Origin: Thermodesulfobacteriota bacterium
GTDB lineage: Bacteria > Desulfobacterota_D > UBA1144 > Nemesobacterales > Nemesobacteraceae
Direction of reading: 5' to 3'
NCBI GenBank assembly: GCA_965197885.1
Contig: OZ240231.1
Location: 1,839,366-1,903,365 of the forward strand
Length of the DNA stretch: 64,000 nt
Part shown: positions 32,341 to 41,729 of the stretch, piece by piece
Layout of the letters: each line of letters starts with the position of its first letter
Numbering within the stretch: the stretch's first letter is position 1
Notes under the pieces: model-generated
Told to the model about the DNA's origin: nothing
Seen by the model: the letters and a program-made list of their open reading frames with translations, nothing else
Databases searched by the model: none
Program-made: the position numbers and the translations under genes

Positions 32341-32515
32341 AGAATTTCTCCGTGCCGTGCCTCCCCCGACTTTTGGGTAAGTAAGTATATAATTCACATT
32401 TGTTTCTGCCAACATGCTGAAACCGTTTAAATTTCGATTTTTCCCGCCTGTCGCCGTGGTGCCGGTTCGGTTGCGGGAATTGTTATTTGCTTTTTTCGGC
32501 TTTAATATTAAACGA

Positions 32516-33190
32516 GTGTCTGGAAAAGCCGTTGTCATGCTCTCGGGAGGAGTGGACAGTTCTACCCTCTGCTACAAAGCGGTGCGGGAAGGTTACGAAG
32601 TCTTTCCTCTTAGCTTTATCTACGGGCAGAAACATGAAAAAGAGATTCACTCCTCGGAGAATATATGCCGCCATCTGGGACTTCGGCCGAACATAGTTGA
32701 TCTTTCTTCCATAAAGGATCTTTTCGGTGCCAGCGCGCTTACCGACCGGGACATCGAGATTCCAAGGGTTTCCGCATCCGCGCGCAATTACGAGACTCTC
32801 TCCTCTACGGTTGTTCCGAACCGAAACGCCATTTTTCTTTCCCTGGCAGTCGCGTATTCGCAGAGCATCGGCTGCGACACGGTGTTCTACGGCGCGCATC
32901 ATTCCGACAGGGGCGTGTATCCCGACTGTCGCCTGGAGTTTGTTTCCGCTTTCGAGGAGGCGGAGAGACTCGCGACTGATAACAAGCGGCTCGCCATAGT
33001 CGCTCCGTTTGTGGATATGGACAAGTCCGGTATAGTCAGGCTCGGTGTGCGTCTCGGAGTTCCTTTCAAAGACACGTGGTCATGCTACGTGGGTTCCCGG
33101 GTGCACTGTGGCACCTGCAGTTCCTGCAGAGAGAGAAAAAGGGCTTTTATCGAAGCGGACGTGGCCGACCCGACCGAATACGAGGCGTAA
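32516..33190 (+). CDS. queC: 7-cyano-7-deazaguanine synthase
   Basis: SGGVDSS PP-loop and a C-terminal zinc motif CxxC (CGTCSSCRER). The start is uncertain: GTG at 32516 or ATG at 32537. Confidence 0.8.
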   Translation: MSGKAVVMLSGGVDSSTLCYKAVREGYEVFPLSFIYGQKHEKEIHSSENICRHLGLRPNIVDLSSIKDLFGASALTDRDIEIPRVSASARNYETLSSTVVPNRNAIFLSLAVAYSQSIGCDTVFYGAHHSDRGVYPDCRLEFVSAFEEAERLATDNKRLAIVAPFVDMDKSGIVRLGVRLGVPFKDTWSCYVGSRVHCGTCSSCRERKRAFIEADVADPTEYEA

Positions 33191-33195
33191 TTGCG

Positions 33196-33837
33196 ATGAA
33201 GGTAAGCGAGATCTTCTTTTCAATACAGGGGGAGGGAGTCCATATCGGGCTGCCGACGGTTTTTCTCAGGCTTTTTGCCTGTGATCTAAGATGCAGCTGG
33301 TGCGATACCATGTACGCGGTGGAGGGAACCGATTTCCGGGAAATCGAAAACGAGAAAGTGCTGAGCAGAATTCTTGAGTACGGCTGCTCCCGCGTCTGCA
33401 TAACCGGCGGTGAGCCGCTTATCCAGCGGGAGGCCGTGGAGGAGGTAGCGGAATTTCTGCTCGAAAGGGATTTTGCGGTCGTGCTTGAAACGAGCGGAAA
33501 CAAGAAACCGCCTGAGATTTTTTCCCACCCGAATTCGATTGTGAGTATGGACTGCAAGTGTCCCGGTTCGGGCATGGACTCCAGAATGGATTTTTCACTT
33601 TACGATTCCTTGGAGGAAAAGGACCAGCTTAAGTTCGTGATAGCCGACAATGCGGATTACGAATACGCAAGGGGTGTTATAGCGGAGCATAATATCAGGG
33701 CTTCGATCATATTCCAGCCCGTTTACGGCACACAAGCAGACTGGATAGCCGAGAGAATTCTCCGTGATGGTATGGGAAACGTGAGAGTGCTTCCCCAGCT
33801 TCACAAAATATTCTGGGGAGAAAAAAGAGGGGTTTAG
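33196..33837 (+). CDS. queE: 7-carboxy-7-deazaguanine synthase (radical SAM)
   Basis: FSIQGEG and Cx3Cx2C-like CDLRCSWCD motifs. Start trimmed to MKVSEIF. Confidence 0.8.
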   Translation: MKVSEIFFSIQGEGVHIGLPTVFLRLFACDLRCSWCDTMYAVEGTDFREIENEKVLSRILEYGCSRVCITGGEPLIQREAVEEVAEFLLERDFAVVLETSGNKKPPEIFSHPNSIVSMDCKCPGSGMDSRMDFSLYDSLEEKDQLKFVIADNADYEYARGVIAEHNIRASIIFQPVYGTQADWIAERILRDGMGNVRVLPQLHKIFWGEKRGV

Positions 33838-33966
33838 CCTCGTTGCTTGTTTTGGAAACTTCCACGTCGTTTTTGATTTTTTAACGTTTTTATTGCTATT
33901 GTGTTAGAATTCAGGGTATAAAAGGTATGTTGTGCGGGCGGGCTAAAAGCCGAGGAGAGATACACG

Positions 33967-34830
33967 ATGGAAAAGCATGCTGAAGATTATAATTATGAGC
34001 CTTTTGCCGATACAGAAGAGTACAGAAAGGTAAACGGCGATATAACAAGAAACTGGATACAGATAATGGTCGACAGGGGAGTGGAGAGTCTTGACAGGTT
34101 TCTTGACATCGCTACCGGCGCGGGCACAATGGCCCAGCTTTTTTTCGATATGCTTCCCTCGCACCTCAAGGAGTCCGCGGTGTTCTGCCTTGACCAGTCG
34201 GCCGGCGCGCTTAAGCTTGCCAAACGCAGGCTTGAGAAAGAGGTTGACAAGCTGACTCTTATAAATTCATCCATACAGGAACTTGATTTGCCTCCGAAAA
34301 GCCTTGACGTAGCGATATGGGGTAACGGCATTCACTACCTTGACGAGGAGGAGCAGATTCTGAGCCTTAAGGCGATTAAAAAAGCACTCAAGCCTGGAGG
34401 CTGGTTTTTTTTCAACACCGCTTTCTACGAAGAGGCAAGGCCCGCGGAAACAATACCTTTCTACAGAACCCAGGTGAAAAACGCCGTCCAGTTCCTGAAA
34501 AAACAGGGAGTGAAGAGAGTTAGGGTTGAGAAAAAAGCCGAGGCCGCGAAATTTCACCCGCGTTCTTACTACGAAGAACTGGTTGGCAAGGTGGGATTTG
34601 ATCTTATTGATGCTCAGGAATTTGCCGCCGATCTTACCAAAGAAGCGTGGGAACATATAAGTTCCTTCCAGCAGTACGCCTCAGGGGCTCTTCACGGCTA
34701 TCCGGATGATGTTGCGTCCGATGCGATGAAAAACGCGGTTGAACCCGCCATCCTTCTCCACGGGGAAGTGAATGAAGACGGCGACCACTTCGTTACCAGA
34801 AACTGGCTTTCGATAAGCGCGCGGGCGTGA
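33967..34830 (+). CDS. Class I SAM-dependent methyltransferase
   Basis: Motif I LDIATGAGT and motif post-I/II. Confidence 0.6.
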   Translation: MEKHAEDYNYEPFADTEEYRKVNGDITRNWIQIMVDRGVESLDRFLDIATGAGTMAQLFFDMLPSHLKESAVFCLDQSAGALKLAKRRLEKEVDKLTLINSSIQELDLPPKSLDVAIWGNGIHYLDEEEQILSLKAIKKALKPGGWFFFNTAFYEEARPAETIPFYRTQVKNAVQFLKKQGVKRVRVEKKAEAAKFHPRSYYEELVGKVGFDLIDAQEFAADLTKEAWEHISSFQQYASGALHGYPDDVASDAMKNAVEPAILLHGEVNEDGDHFVTRNWLSISARA

Positions 34831-34848
34831 TTTTCCGACGCGGGGACG

Positions 34849-35202
34849 TTATTTGCCCGGCACACAGTTTTTTCTGAGAAAATCGAATGTGTAGAACCCG
34901 GTTTCGCACCAGGTCTCTCCTATAAACCTTATAGCGTAATTCCCAACGTATTCTATTCTCTCCGGTGCCAAGCCGCTTTTTCCAAGGGGAATGCGTTTTT
35001 TAAACGGAAGTTTTCCCGTCCTGCTTTTCTTTCTGAGTCTCCTGCAGGTGGCGCAGGGACAGATTTCCCTGAGTTCGTCGTAAAAGAATATGTTTTCTTC
35101 TCCGTCATCCCAGACGATCTGAAGAGCTTTTTCAGTAAATTCGTTTATTTCCTTAGGTTTTACGCCCATAACACGATATTCTACCTGTCCGTTGAAGAGC
35201 AA
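34849..35202 (-). CDS. DUF971 family protein (gamma-butyrobetaine hydroxylase-like N-terminal domain)
   Basis: 117 aa with a CPCATC motif. Confidence 0.5.
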   Translation of the reverse strand: MLFNGQVEYRVMGVKPKEINEFTEKALQIVWDDGEENIFFYDELREICPCATCRRLRKKSRTGKLPFKKRIPLGKSGLAPERIEYVGNYAIRFIGETWCETGFYTFDFLRKNCVPGK

Positions 35203-35293
35203 TCGATCTAAACCAGACTCACTATGTTATGAAGAGTTTCTCCTCAAGAGCTTTTAACAGGATGAAATCTATGGAAAGAATTTTCCGCGGAAT

Positions 35294-36295
35294 CTAATCT
35301 CTGGTGCCGGCGAAAACCTGCTCTCCGAATATAACCGCGGTCAGGTCAACCAGGAGTTTTGCCGTCTGTCCCCTGTTGTCGAGAAACGGGTTTAACTCCG
35401 CAAGATCAAGAGATGACAAAAGCCCGCTCTCGTGGATCATCTCCATAATAAGGTAAGCTTCCCGCAGTCCCAGTCCCCCGGAGACCGGAGTGCCTGTGCC
35501 CGGAGCCAGCGACGGATCTAGCGAGTCGGCATCAAAAGAGACATGCAGAAGACCTTCTTCCTCACGTACCCAGTTTAGATAGTCCAATAAGAGTGGTGCG
35601 CGGACGCCTCCTTCGCTCACGGAACGTATATTGATAAGCTCGATTCCACTGGATTTAAGCCCGATGCGTTCGATCCGGTCAACGGAACGCAGGCCGACTA
35701 GCGCTACTCTTTCCCCCGAGATCGGACAAGGCGGAGAGGGAAACTCTTCGACTTCAAAGCCCGATTGCCCGGTCAGCCAAGCGACGGACATGCCGTGAGT
35801 ATGTCCGCTTTCGCTTGTCATGGGCGTGTTAAAATCGCTATGGGCATCAATCCAGAGTAAAAAGAGCTTGCGGTCCATCTTGGCGGTCCGTAGGGCCATT
35901 GCGGAGACAGAACCCATGGAGAGCGAGTGATCGCCTCCAAGAAAAATCGGTAATTCTTCATCGCCGAGGTCTTCTCCGACCTTCTGCAGGGCTTCAATCC
36001 AATTGACGGTCTGTTCGGGCTCGTGGATGATCGGTTCGTCAAACATCGGGTCATCAAGCATAGCATCGTCAAGCATCGGATCGGGTACCGGAACATGAAT
36101 GGGTGAGGAAAGAATTTCGGATGGGATAATGGAACCTATGTCACGCACGTTGTGCTCCAGATCCTCAAGAGCCTTCGCCAGACCGGCGACATGCAGCGCA
36201 TCCGGTCCCATTCGACAGCCTTTCTGACGTTTTCCGCTGTCAACCGGCGCTCCAATCAGACATATGTTTTTCGGAGTAATTGTTTTTTCTGCCAT
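35294..36295 (-). CDS. Arginase family protein (arginase/agmatinase/formiminoglutamase-like)
   Basis: GGDHS, DAHSD and SFDADSLDP Mn-binding motifs, plus an unusual Asp/Pro-rich insertion. Confidence 0.75.
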   Translation of the reverse strand: MAEKTITPKNICLIGAPVDSGKRQKGCRMGPDALHVAGLAKALEDLEHNVRDIGSIIPSEILSSPIHVPVPDPMLDDAMLDDPMFDEPIIHEPEQTVNWIEALQKVGEDLGDEELPIFLGGDHSLSMGSVSAMALRTAKMDRKLFLLWIDAHSDFNTPMTSESGHTHGMSVAWLTGQSGFEVEEFPSPPCPISGERVALVGLRSVDRIERIGLKSSGIELINIRSVSEGGVRAPLLLDYLNWVREEEGLLHVSFDADSLDPSLAPGTGTPVSGGLGLREAYLIMEMIHESGLLSSLDLAELNPFLDNRGQTAKLLVDLTAVIFGEQVFAGTRD

Positions 36296-36545
36296 GGAAA
36301 CAGTATTACTCTATTTAAGGTCGGATGTTCCACTGTTAATTTTTAATCCAAAAAGAATATCTTGCTGTAATTCGTTGTCAAAATGCTGCGATGCGAGTAG
36401 GCAGTTGCGGCGGCGTAATGCATTTCCGTGGTTTCCCCGAACGTATCACTACATGCAAATTGACGCGTACGGTGCAAGTACAGTTTTAATTCGCCGCCTG
36501 CTTTTATTCAGCGTGGTTTCAAGTGCCAAACGTAGCGGGTGGATC

Positions 36546-36590
36546 AGTTCCGAAGAACAACTGATCCGGTGTTTTTCGCGGTCTGAATTC
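36546..36590 (+). other. Stable hairpin followed by a T-run (terminator-like) inside the 360-bp divergent intergenic region
   Basis: GGATCAGTT-ccgaagaac-AACTGATCC, then ggtgtttttcg. Confidence 0.3.
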
Positions 36591-36658
36591 GTTTGCTGTC
36601 GGTAAGCTGCAATCAATTTGCGGACAGTTGACGCAAGCGGTTATAATCAAAACCTGAA

Positions 36659-37423
36659 ATGAGCGAGCAGGAACAGGATGCGCTTTCGGTTACAGTAACC
36701 TGGATTCGGGAGTCCTCCCAAGTAGTTTTTCTTACTGGAGTTGAGCTTTCCCTTGATGTCGGGCTGCCGGACGTTTCAGATCTTAGCTTCAATCCCGACA
36801 TAGGAAAATTCAAGAATCGCCCAGAGGTCAGAAGGGAGTACTGGGAAAAAATAAAGGATTTCTATCCCAGAATTTCAGAGGCTCGGCCTTCTCCCGCCCA
36901 CGAAGCGATTTACGAGATGGAGTTTCTCTGCAACGTCGATTGCGTTTTGACCCAGGCGGCCGACGGGTTGCACAGCAAAACCGGCAGCGAAAAGATAATA
37001 GAGATATACTCGACGATAAACTGGGTCCACTGCCACGAATGCGGAAACGATTACCGGACTGACGGGATTTTGCTTTCTCTTGAAGACAGCAAAACCGGTA
37101 TTCCGAAGTGCAGGGAATGTCAAAGCGACCAGATGAAGCCTCCGCTGTCCTTTCCGGGCCAGCCACTTCCTCACTGGGAGATAAGAGAATCTTGGATGAG
37201 GCTTCAGCACTGCGATCTTTTCATAATCGTCGGGGCGAACCTGGAAATCGAACCCGTGGCGTCTTTTCCCTTTCAGGTCATGAACAAGGGAAACAGGGTC
37301 GTTATTATCGGCGAGAGAAAAACTCCAGCTGACGATCACGTGAGCGCCGTCATATACGGAAGCCCCAGCATGGTGATGCCTTACATAGTCGATAAACTCA
37401 AGGAAACGCAAACGCTTTCCTGA
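36659..37423 (+). CDS. Sir2-family (sirtuin-like) protein with degenerate catalytic motifs
   Basis: Collinear with CobB, including the Zn ribbon (CHEC...CREC). GAGIS becomes GVELS, QNID becomes QAAD, and the catalytic HG becomes YS. Confidence 0.6.
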   Translation: MSEQEQDALSVTVTWIRESSQVVFLTGVELSLDVGLPDVSDLSFNPDIGKFKNRPEVRREYWEKIKDFYPRISEARPSPAHEAIYEMEFLCNVDCVLTQAADGLHSKTGSEKIIEIYSTINWVHCHECGNDYRTDGILLSLEDSKTGIPKCRECQSDQMKPPLSFPGQPLPHWEIRESWMRLQHCDLFIIVGANLEIEPVASFPFQVMNKGNRVVIIGERKTPADDHVSAVIYGSPSMVMPYIVDKLKETQTLS

Positions 37424-37460
37424 ACCGCTTGGGCCATGGGCTGGGGACCGGGGAGCAGAT

Positions 37461-38960
37461 TTGTCTGTCGAGGTGAAAATGGCACTGGATGATAATAGCG
37501 TCGCCCGAGAAATGGAACGTTACGTTTCGAATCTCGACAGGGACATTTATACCATAAGCAATATTCCCGAAGAAGTCGTTGCTGTTATCTTCGCCTATGT
37601 AAGCAGAAGCCCGAAAAGTTTCAGGGAAAACATAGATACTGTGATAAGGGAGCAGGAGATGGGGAGGGACAGGGCGGAGAAGTTCCATGAAAAATGGGTT
37701 CTTAACTACGGTCACGCCTCTGTTGCCGAGCACGCGACTGTGCACATAGGCGTTGAGAGGGTTTCAAGACTTTTCTCTTCCCTGCTTGAGTGCGCAAACG
37801 AGTTTCTCTCGTTCACCGAATATTCCCAGAGATACCAGAGACCGCGCAAAGGCGATAATTACATTCCCGAAGAGCTTGACTCACACCCGGCTCTTAAAAG
37901 AGAGTTCGAGTCGCTTTGCGATTTTCAGTACGAAGTTTACTCGAGGCTTAATGGGGAACTTTTTGATTTTCTGAAAAGAAAATTTCCCGTCCCCGAAGGC
38001 AAGGAGGAAAAACCCCACTTCAGGGCGCTTGAGAAAATAGCGTTTGAAGACGCGAGGTACGCTCTTAATCTCTCTACCCTTACGAATCTGGGTATGACGG
38101 CAAACGCAAGAGCCATAGAGCAGACTATCTCCGCGCTTCTTTCAAGCTGCTACCTTGAGGCGAGAAAAAGGGCCGAGGAGATAAAAAGCGAGGTCGGATT
38201 CTCCGTTCCTACGCTTGTAAAATACGCTGACGAAAACCCTTACATAGTCAAAACGCGCGAGGCGCTTGCGGAATTTTCCCGCGGTCTTGGCGGTCCGGAA
38301 AAAAGCAAACCCGAAAACGGATCCTCTGTGACTCTTTTTGACTACACAGGAAAGGGAAAGGAACGTCCCCAGGTCGAGGCGTTAAAGGAGATCGCTAGGG
38401 GGCTTCTTTTCGAATTCTCGGGACTTTCAGCCGGCGATATAGAAAGACATCTTTCCGAAAACACCTCTGAACTTGAGGGGATTTTCTCAATTGCCGTTGA
38501 GGCACTCGGAAGGCACGATAACCCGGCCGGGATATTCAAATCGGTTAGTTACAACGCGGAGTTTGTCCTGAGCGAGGCGGCGTGGCATCAACTGCTCAGG
38601 CACAGGAAAGTCAACTGGACCGCGAAGGAGCCTTCTATTGAGCAAGGCGTGACTATTCCCCCGCACGTTACGGAATCAGGAACGGAGGAACTCCTGCTCG
38701 AGGCCGTCGGACGAAGCGAGCAGTTCTACGAAAAACTCATTGACGCTGGTTTTCGCGATGTCGCGAGCTATGTTGTCACAAATGCTCATAACAGGAGGGT
38801 TTCGGGCAGTTTCGACCTATGGGAGCTTTATCACCTGACGAATCTCAGAATGTCTACCTCGGCACAGTGGGATATAAGAAATGTCGTCAGGCAGCTTGCG
38901 CAGAGCATTGAAGAGGTTCATCCGGTCTTCGTCCGTTCCGCCCTGCGGAGAGTCGAGTGA
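37461..38960 (+). CDS. thyX: FAD-dependent thymidylate synthase ThyX, tandem two-domain form
   Basis: Domain 1 has GHASVAEH and EYSQRY but lacks RHR. Domain 2 has RHR and NLRMSTSAQWDIRN, the ThyX LRxxxHAQWE motif. Confidence 0.65.
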   Translation: MSVEVKMALDDNSVAREMERYVSNLDRDIYTISNIPEEVVAVIFAYVSRSPKSFRENIDTVIREQEMGRDRAEKFHEKWVLNYGHASVAEHATVHIGVERVSRLFSSLLECANEFLSFTEYSQRYQRPRKGDNYIPEELDSHPALKREFESLCDFQYEVYSRLNGELFDFLKRKFPVPEGKEEKPHFRALEKIAFEDARYALNLSTLTNLGMTANARAIEQTISALLSSCYLEARKRAEEIKSEVGFSVPTLVKYADENPYIVKTREALAEFSRGLGGPEKSKPENGSSVTLFDYTGKGKERPQVEALKEIARGLLFEFSGLSAGDIERHLSENTSELEGIFSIAVEALGRHDNPAGIFKSVSYNAEFVLSEAAWHQLLRHRKVNWTAKEPSIEQGVTIPPHVTESGTEELLLEAVGRSEQFYEKLIDAGFRDVASYVVTNAHNRRVSGSFDLWELYHLTNLRMSTSAQWDIRNVVRQLAQSIEEVHPVFVRSALRRVE

Positions 38961-38978
38961 GGAAAAAGGGATAATCCG

Positions 38979-39185
38979 ATGCCGCTGCAACCTGTCAGAA
39001 GATGTGAAGAGTGCGGTTACGAAAGCACCGCGAAAACTGATGTCTGTCTTGCCTGCGGGGAGAGGATTCGAGGCAAGATGAAAGGTGGTCTAAGGGGGTT
39101 TCTTCGAAGCATAATACTTCTCGCGATAGCGGTTTATATCCTTTTGTCCGCGTTTAAAGTTTTCGGATTTTCACTGGCGGTATGA
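38979..39185 (+). CDS. Small zinc-ribbon membrane protein
   Basis: CEECGY...CLACG zinc ribbon plus a C-terminal TM helix. Sits 19 nt after thyX and 4 nt before the next gene. Confidence 0.4.
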   Translation: MPLQPVRRCEECGYESTAKTDVCLACGERIRGKMKGGLRGFLRSIILLAIAVYILLSAFKVFGFSLAV

Positions 39186-39189
39186 TACT

Positions 39190-39687
39190 GTGGCTGATTC
39201 AAATCACGTCTCGAAAATAAAGGAGGGGGCGGCCGCGTGGAACCGTTGGCGGGGAGAGGAGCCCGATGTTCTGCCGGATCTTGGCTGGGCTAATCTTAAC
39301 GGGCTTAATCTTGACGGTGTGGTATTTGCGAAATCGGTTCTCAAGCTCGCTTTCTGCAAGGGGTGCAGTTTGGTGGGCGCGGATTTCTCCGGGGCTAATC
39401 TGCGCGGAATTAATCTTGAAGGATGCGATCTTCGTGGCGCGGTATTCAGTAATGCTAACCTTGAAGGAGCCCACATGCTGGGCGCTGATCTTACGGGTGC
39501 CGATTTTGCGGGAGCTGACCTCAAGCTTGCCAATTTCGACGGGGCGATCCTGAGGGATGCTAATCTTGCGGGCGCGAAAAAACTGCGGGCTTCCCAGCTT
39601 TTCAGTCTTGGGGATCTTGAAAATCTCAAGGTTTCAGACAAAATCCTGGAGAAGGTGAAAAGCCAGTCCCCTCATCTGTTTGAGTAG
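39190..39687 (+). CDS. Pentapeptide repeat-containing protein
   Basis: Repeated A(D/N)LxG pentapeptides (ADFSGANLRGINLEGCDLRGAVFSNANLEGAHMLGADLTGADFAGADL). GTG start. Confidence 0.8.
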   Translation: MADSNHVSKIKEGAAAWNRWRGEEPDVLPDLGWANLNGLNLDGVVFAKSVLKLAFCKGCSLVGADFSGANLRGINLEGCDLRGAVFSNANLEGAHMLGADLTGADFAGADLKLANFDGAILRDANLAGAKKLRASQLFSLGDLENLKVSDKILEKVKSQSPHLFE

Positions 39688-39852
39688 GTTTTCTCTTCGG
39701 GAACATTCTTTGAAGCTTTACCCTCGTCTCTAAAAGCGGCTCCGTGCTTTCGCTTGGATGTTTACCTATACGAAGATTCTGTGCCGCCGCTTGCCTGTGG
39801 CTTTTCTGGGGAATTTCACCAAAGCTTTTGGTATTTGGACGGAAATTTAAGC

Positions 39853-39908
39853 TTGACTTAGGAAATTATTTACTTATTATAGCAGATAATGATATTTTAT
39901 GCATATCA
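39853..39908 (+). promoter_or_regulatory. abiEi promoter with an inverted-repeat operator
   Basis: -35 TTGACT at 39853-58, a 16 nt spacer, and -10 TATTAT at 39875-80. The inverted repeat TGATAT-N7-ATATCA lies at 39890-39908 over the predicted transcription start. Confidence 0.45.
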
Positions 39909-39922
39909 ATACGGAGACTGCC

Positions 39923-40720
39923 ATGAATAATAAGCGCCCTAGGGCAAGCAGTGTCATAGATGAGTTTGCCTCGGTCGGCCGGTACCATTTCACTGCCGCG
40001 GAAATACGTTCGGCACTAGGCGTATCAGATGCTGCGACTAGACTTGCTCTTGGAAGGCTGGTGAAAAAAGGTTTGGTTGCGAGTCCGGGCCGTGGCTTCT
40101 ACGTCATCGTGCCGCCCGAATACCGACGCTTCGGATGTCTGCCTCCGGCCCAGTTTATCCCGCAGCTTATGGAGCGTCGTGAACGACCGTACTATGTCGC
40201 TTTGCTTTCCGCCGCCCAGTATCATGGGGCCGCTCATCACCGTCCGCAGGTATTCCAAGTCGCCGTCTCCGGAAGCCGCCGCCCGATTTCCTGTGGCGCG
40301 GTCAGGGTTTCCTTCATCTCACGGGCGCGCATTGCCGAGGTTCCGGTTCAGACTCTCAATACGCCATGCGGGACGCTTCTTCTTTCAACCGTTGAAGCAA
40401 CCGCGGTTGACTTGGTGGGTTACGCGCGACGCGCTGCGGGGTGGGACAACGTGGCGACAATTCTCTGCGAACTTGCTGAAGAAATTGATCCGAATCTGCT
40501 GTGCGAAGCTGCGCGAACCGCTCCGGTCACCTGGGCTCAGCGCCTTGGCTATCTCCTGGAACTTGTCGGCGCGGCGGATAAGGCGTTGCCGCTAAAGAAC
40601 TATGTGCGGCGCTACGCCCGTGACATCACGCCGCTCATTCCGCATGCCGCCGTAGATCACGCGAGGCGCGCCGATGACTGGCGGCTGTTGGTAAATGCCG
40701 ACGTGGAGTCTGAGGTATGA
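39923..40720 (+). CDS. abiEi: AbiEi family antitoxin/transcriptional regulator (type IV toxin-antitoxin system)
   Basis: N-terminal winged helix-like region and the AbiEi architecture. GC is clearly higher than in the flanks. Start set at MNNKRPR with a ggaga RBS; the track start at 39899 lies inside the operator. Confidence 0.7.
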   Translation: MNNKRPRASSVIDEFASVGRYHFTAAEIRSALGVSDAATRLALGRLVKKGLVASPGRGFYVIVPPEYRRFGCLPPAQFIPQLMERRERPYYVALLSAAQYHGAAHHRPQVFQVAVSGSRRPISCGAVRVSFISRARIAEVPVQTLNTPCGTLLLSTVEATAVDLVGYARRAAGWDNVATILCELAEEIDPNLLCEAARTAPVTWAQRLGYLLELVGAADKALPLKNYVRRYARDITPLIPHAAVDHARRADDWRLLVNADVESEV

Positions 40721-41532
40721 TCCCGCACCGTTACATCGCCGAGTGGCGAACTCAGGCACCGTGGCTGGAGGATTTCCAAGTCGAGCAGGACCTAATAATA
40801 AGCCGCGCGCTAGTTGAAATATTTTCCCATCCCGTCTTGGCGGCCGGACTTGCTTTTCATGGCGGCACGGCCCTCTACAAACTCTACCTGGAGCAGTCGA
40901 GCCGTTATTCGGAAGATATAGATCTGGTTCGGATAGCTCCCGGACCCGCCGGTGCCATAATGGATTCCATTCACGAAGTTCTCGATCCGTGGCTCGGTAA
41001 ACCTAAATGGAAACAGACCGAGCGCTCCGTTACGCTTCTTTACAGGTTTGAATCAGAAGATACACCGCCTTTACGCATGACTCTGAAAATTGAGATCAAT
41101 TCCCGCGAGCACTTCTCTGTCTTTGGCTATAATAAAGTTCCTTTTTCCGTCATTTCTTCCTGGTTTAACGGAACCTGTGATATTGTTACGTACTCGCTAG
41201 ACGAGCTTCTCGGCACGAAATTGCGCGCCCTTTATCAGCGCAAGAAAGGACGGGATCTTTTTGACTTGGCAACTGCGCTGGATAACGCGGCTGTCGATCC
41301 CGAACGTGTTATCACAGCATTTTTCGAATACATGAAACGGGGCGGCGACCACATCACCCGTGCCTTGTTTGAACGAAACATGGCGGACAAACTGCAAGAC
41401 CCGCGATTTGACGCCGACATAGTACCCTTGCTGGCGCCTGGCTGCCTCTGGAATATGGAAGAGCTGGCTAGAAGCGTTTCCACACGGCTCATTGCATTGT
41501 TGCCCGGTCAACCGTGGAAGGGAGAGGGATGA
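40717..41532 (+). CDS. abiEii: Nucleotidyltransferase AbiEii/AbiGii toxin family protein (DUF1814)
   Basis: HGGTALYKLY...RYSEDIDL nucleotidyltransferase motif. ATGA overlap with abiEi. Confidence 0.8.
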   Translation: MIPHRYIAEWRTQAPWLEDFQVEQDLIISRALVEIFSHPVLAAGLAFHGGTALYKLYLEQSSRYSEDIDLVRIAPGPAGAIMDSIHEVLDPWLGKPKWKQTERSVTLLYRFESEDTPPLRMTLKIEINSREHFSVFGYNKVPFSVISSWFNGTCDIVTYSLDELLGTKLRALYQRKKGRDLFDLATALDNAAVDPERVITAFFEYMKRGGDHITRALFERNMADKLQDPRFDADIVPLLAPGCLWNMEELARSVSTRLIALLPGQPWKGEG

Positions 41533-41729
41533 TTGTAGTAGATAATGACAGTAATTTTGGTAAGTTCTGTTATGCTGCTTGTTCCAGTCTCCATTACTGA
41601 AAGATCCGGTCAATCAGGGCAATTTAAATCGATTCTTACGGATTAGGGAATTTTTACAGTTTAAACTATGTCGAGCGTGATCTCTTGGTCTATGGCCTTG
41701 CCAACGCACTGCCAACCGATTAGCTTAGG

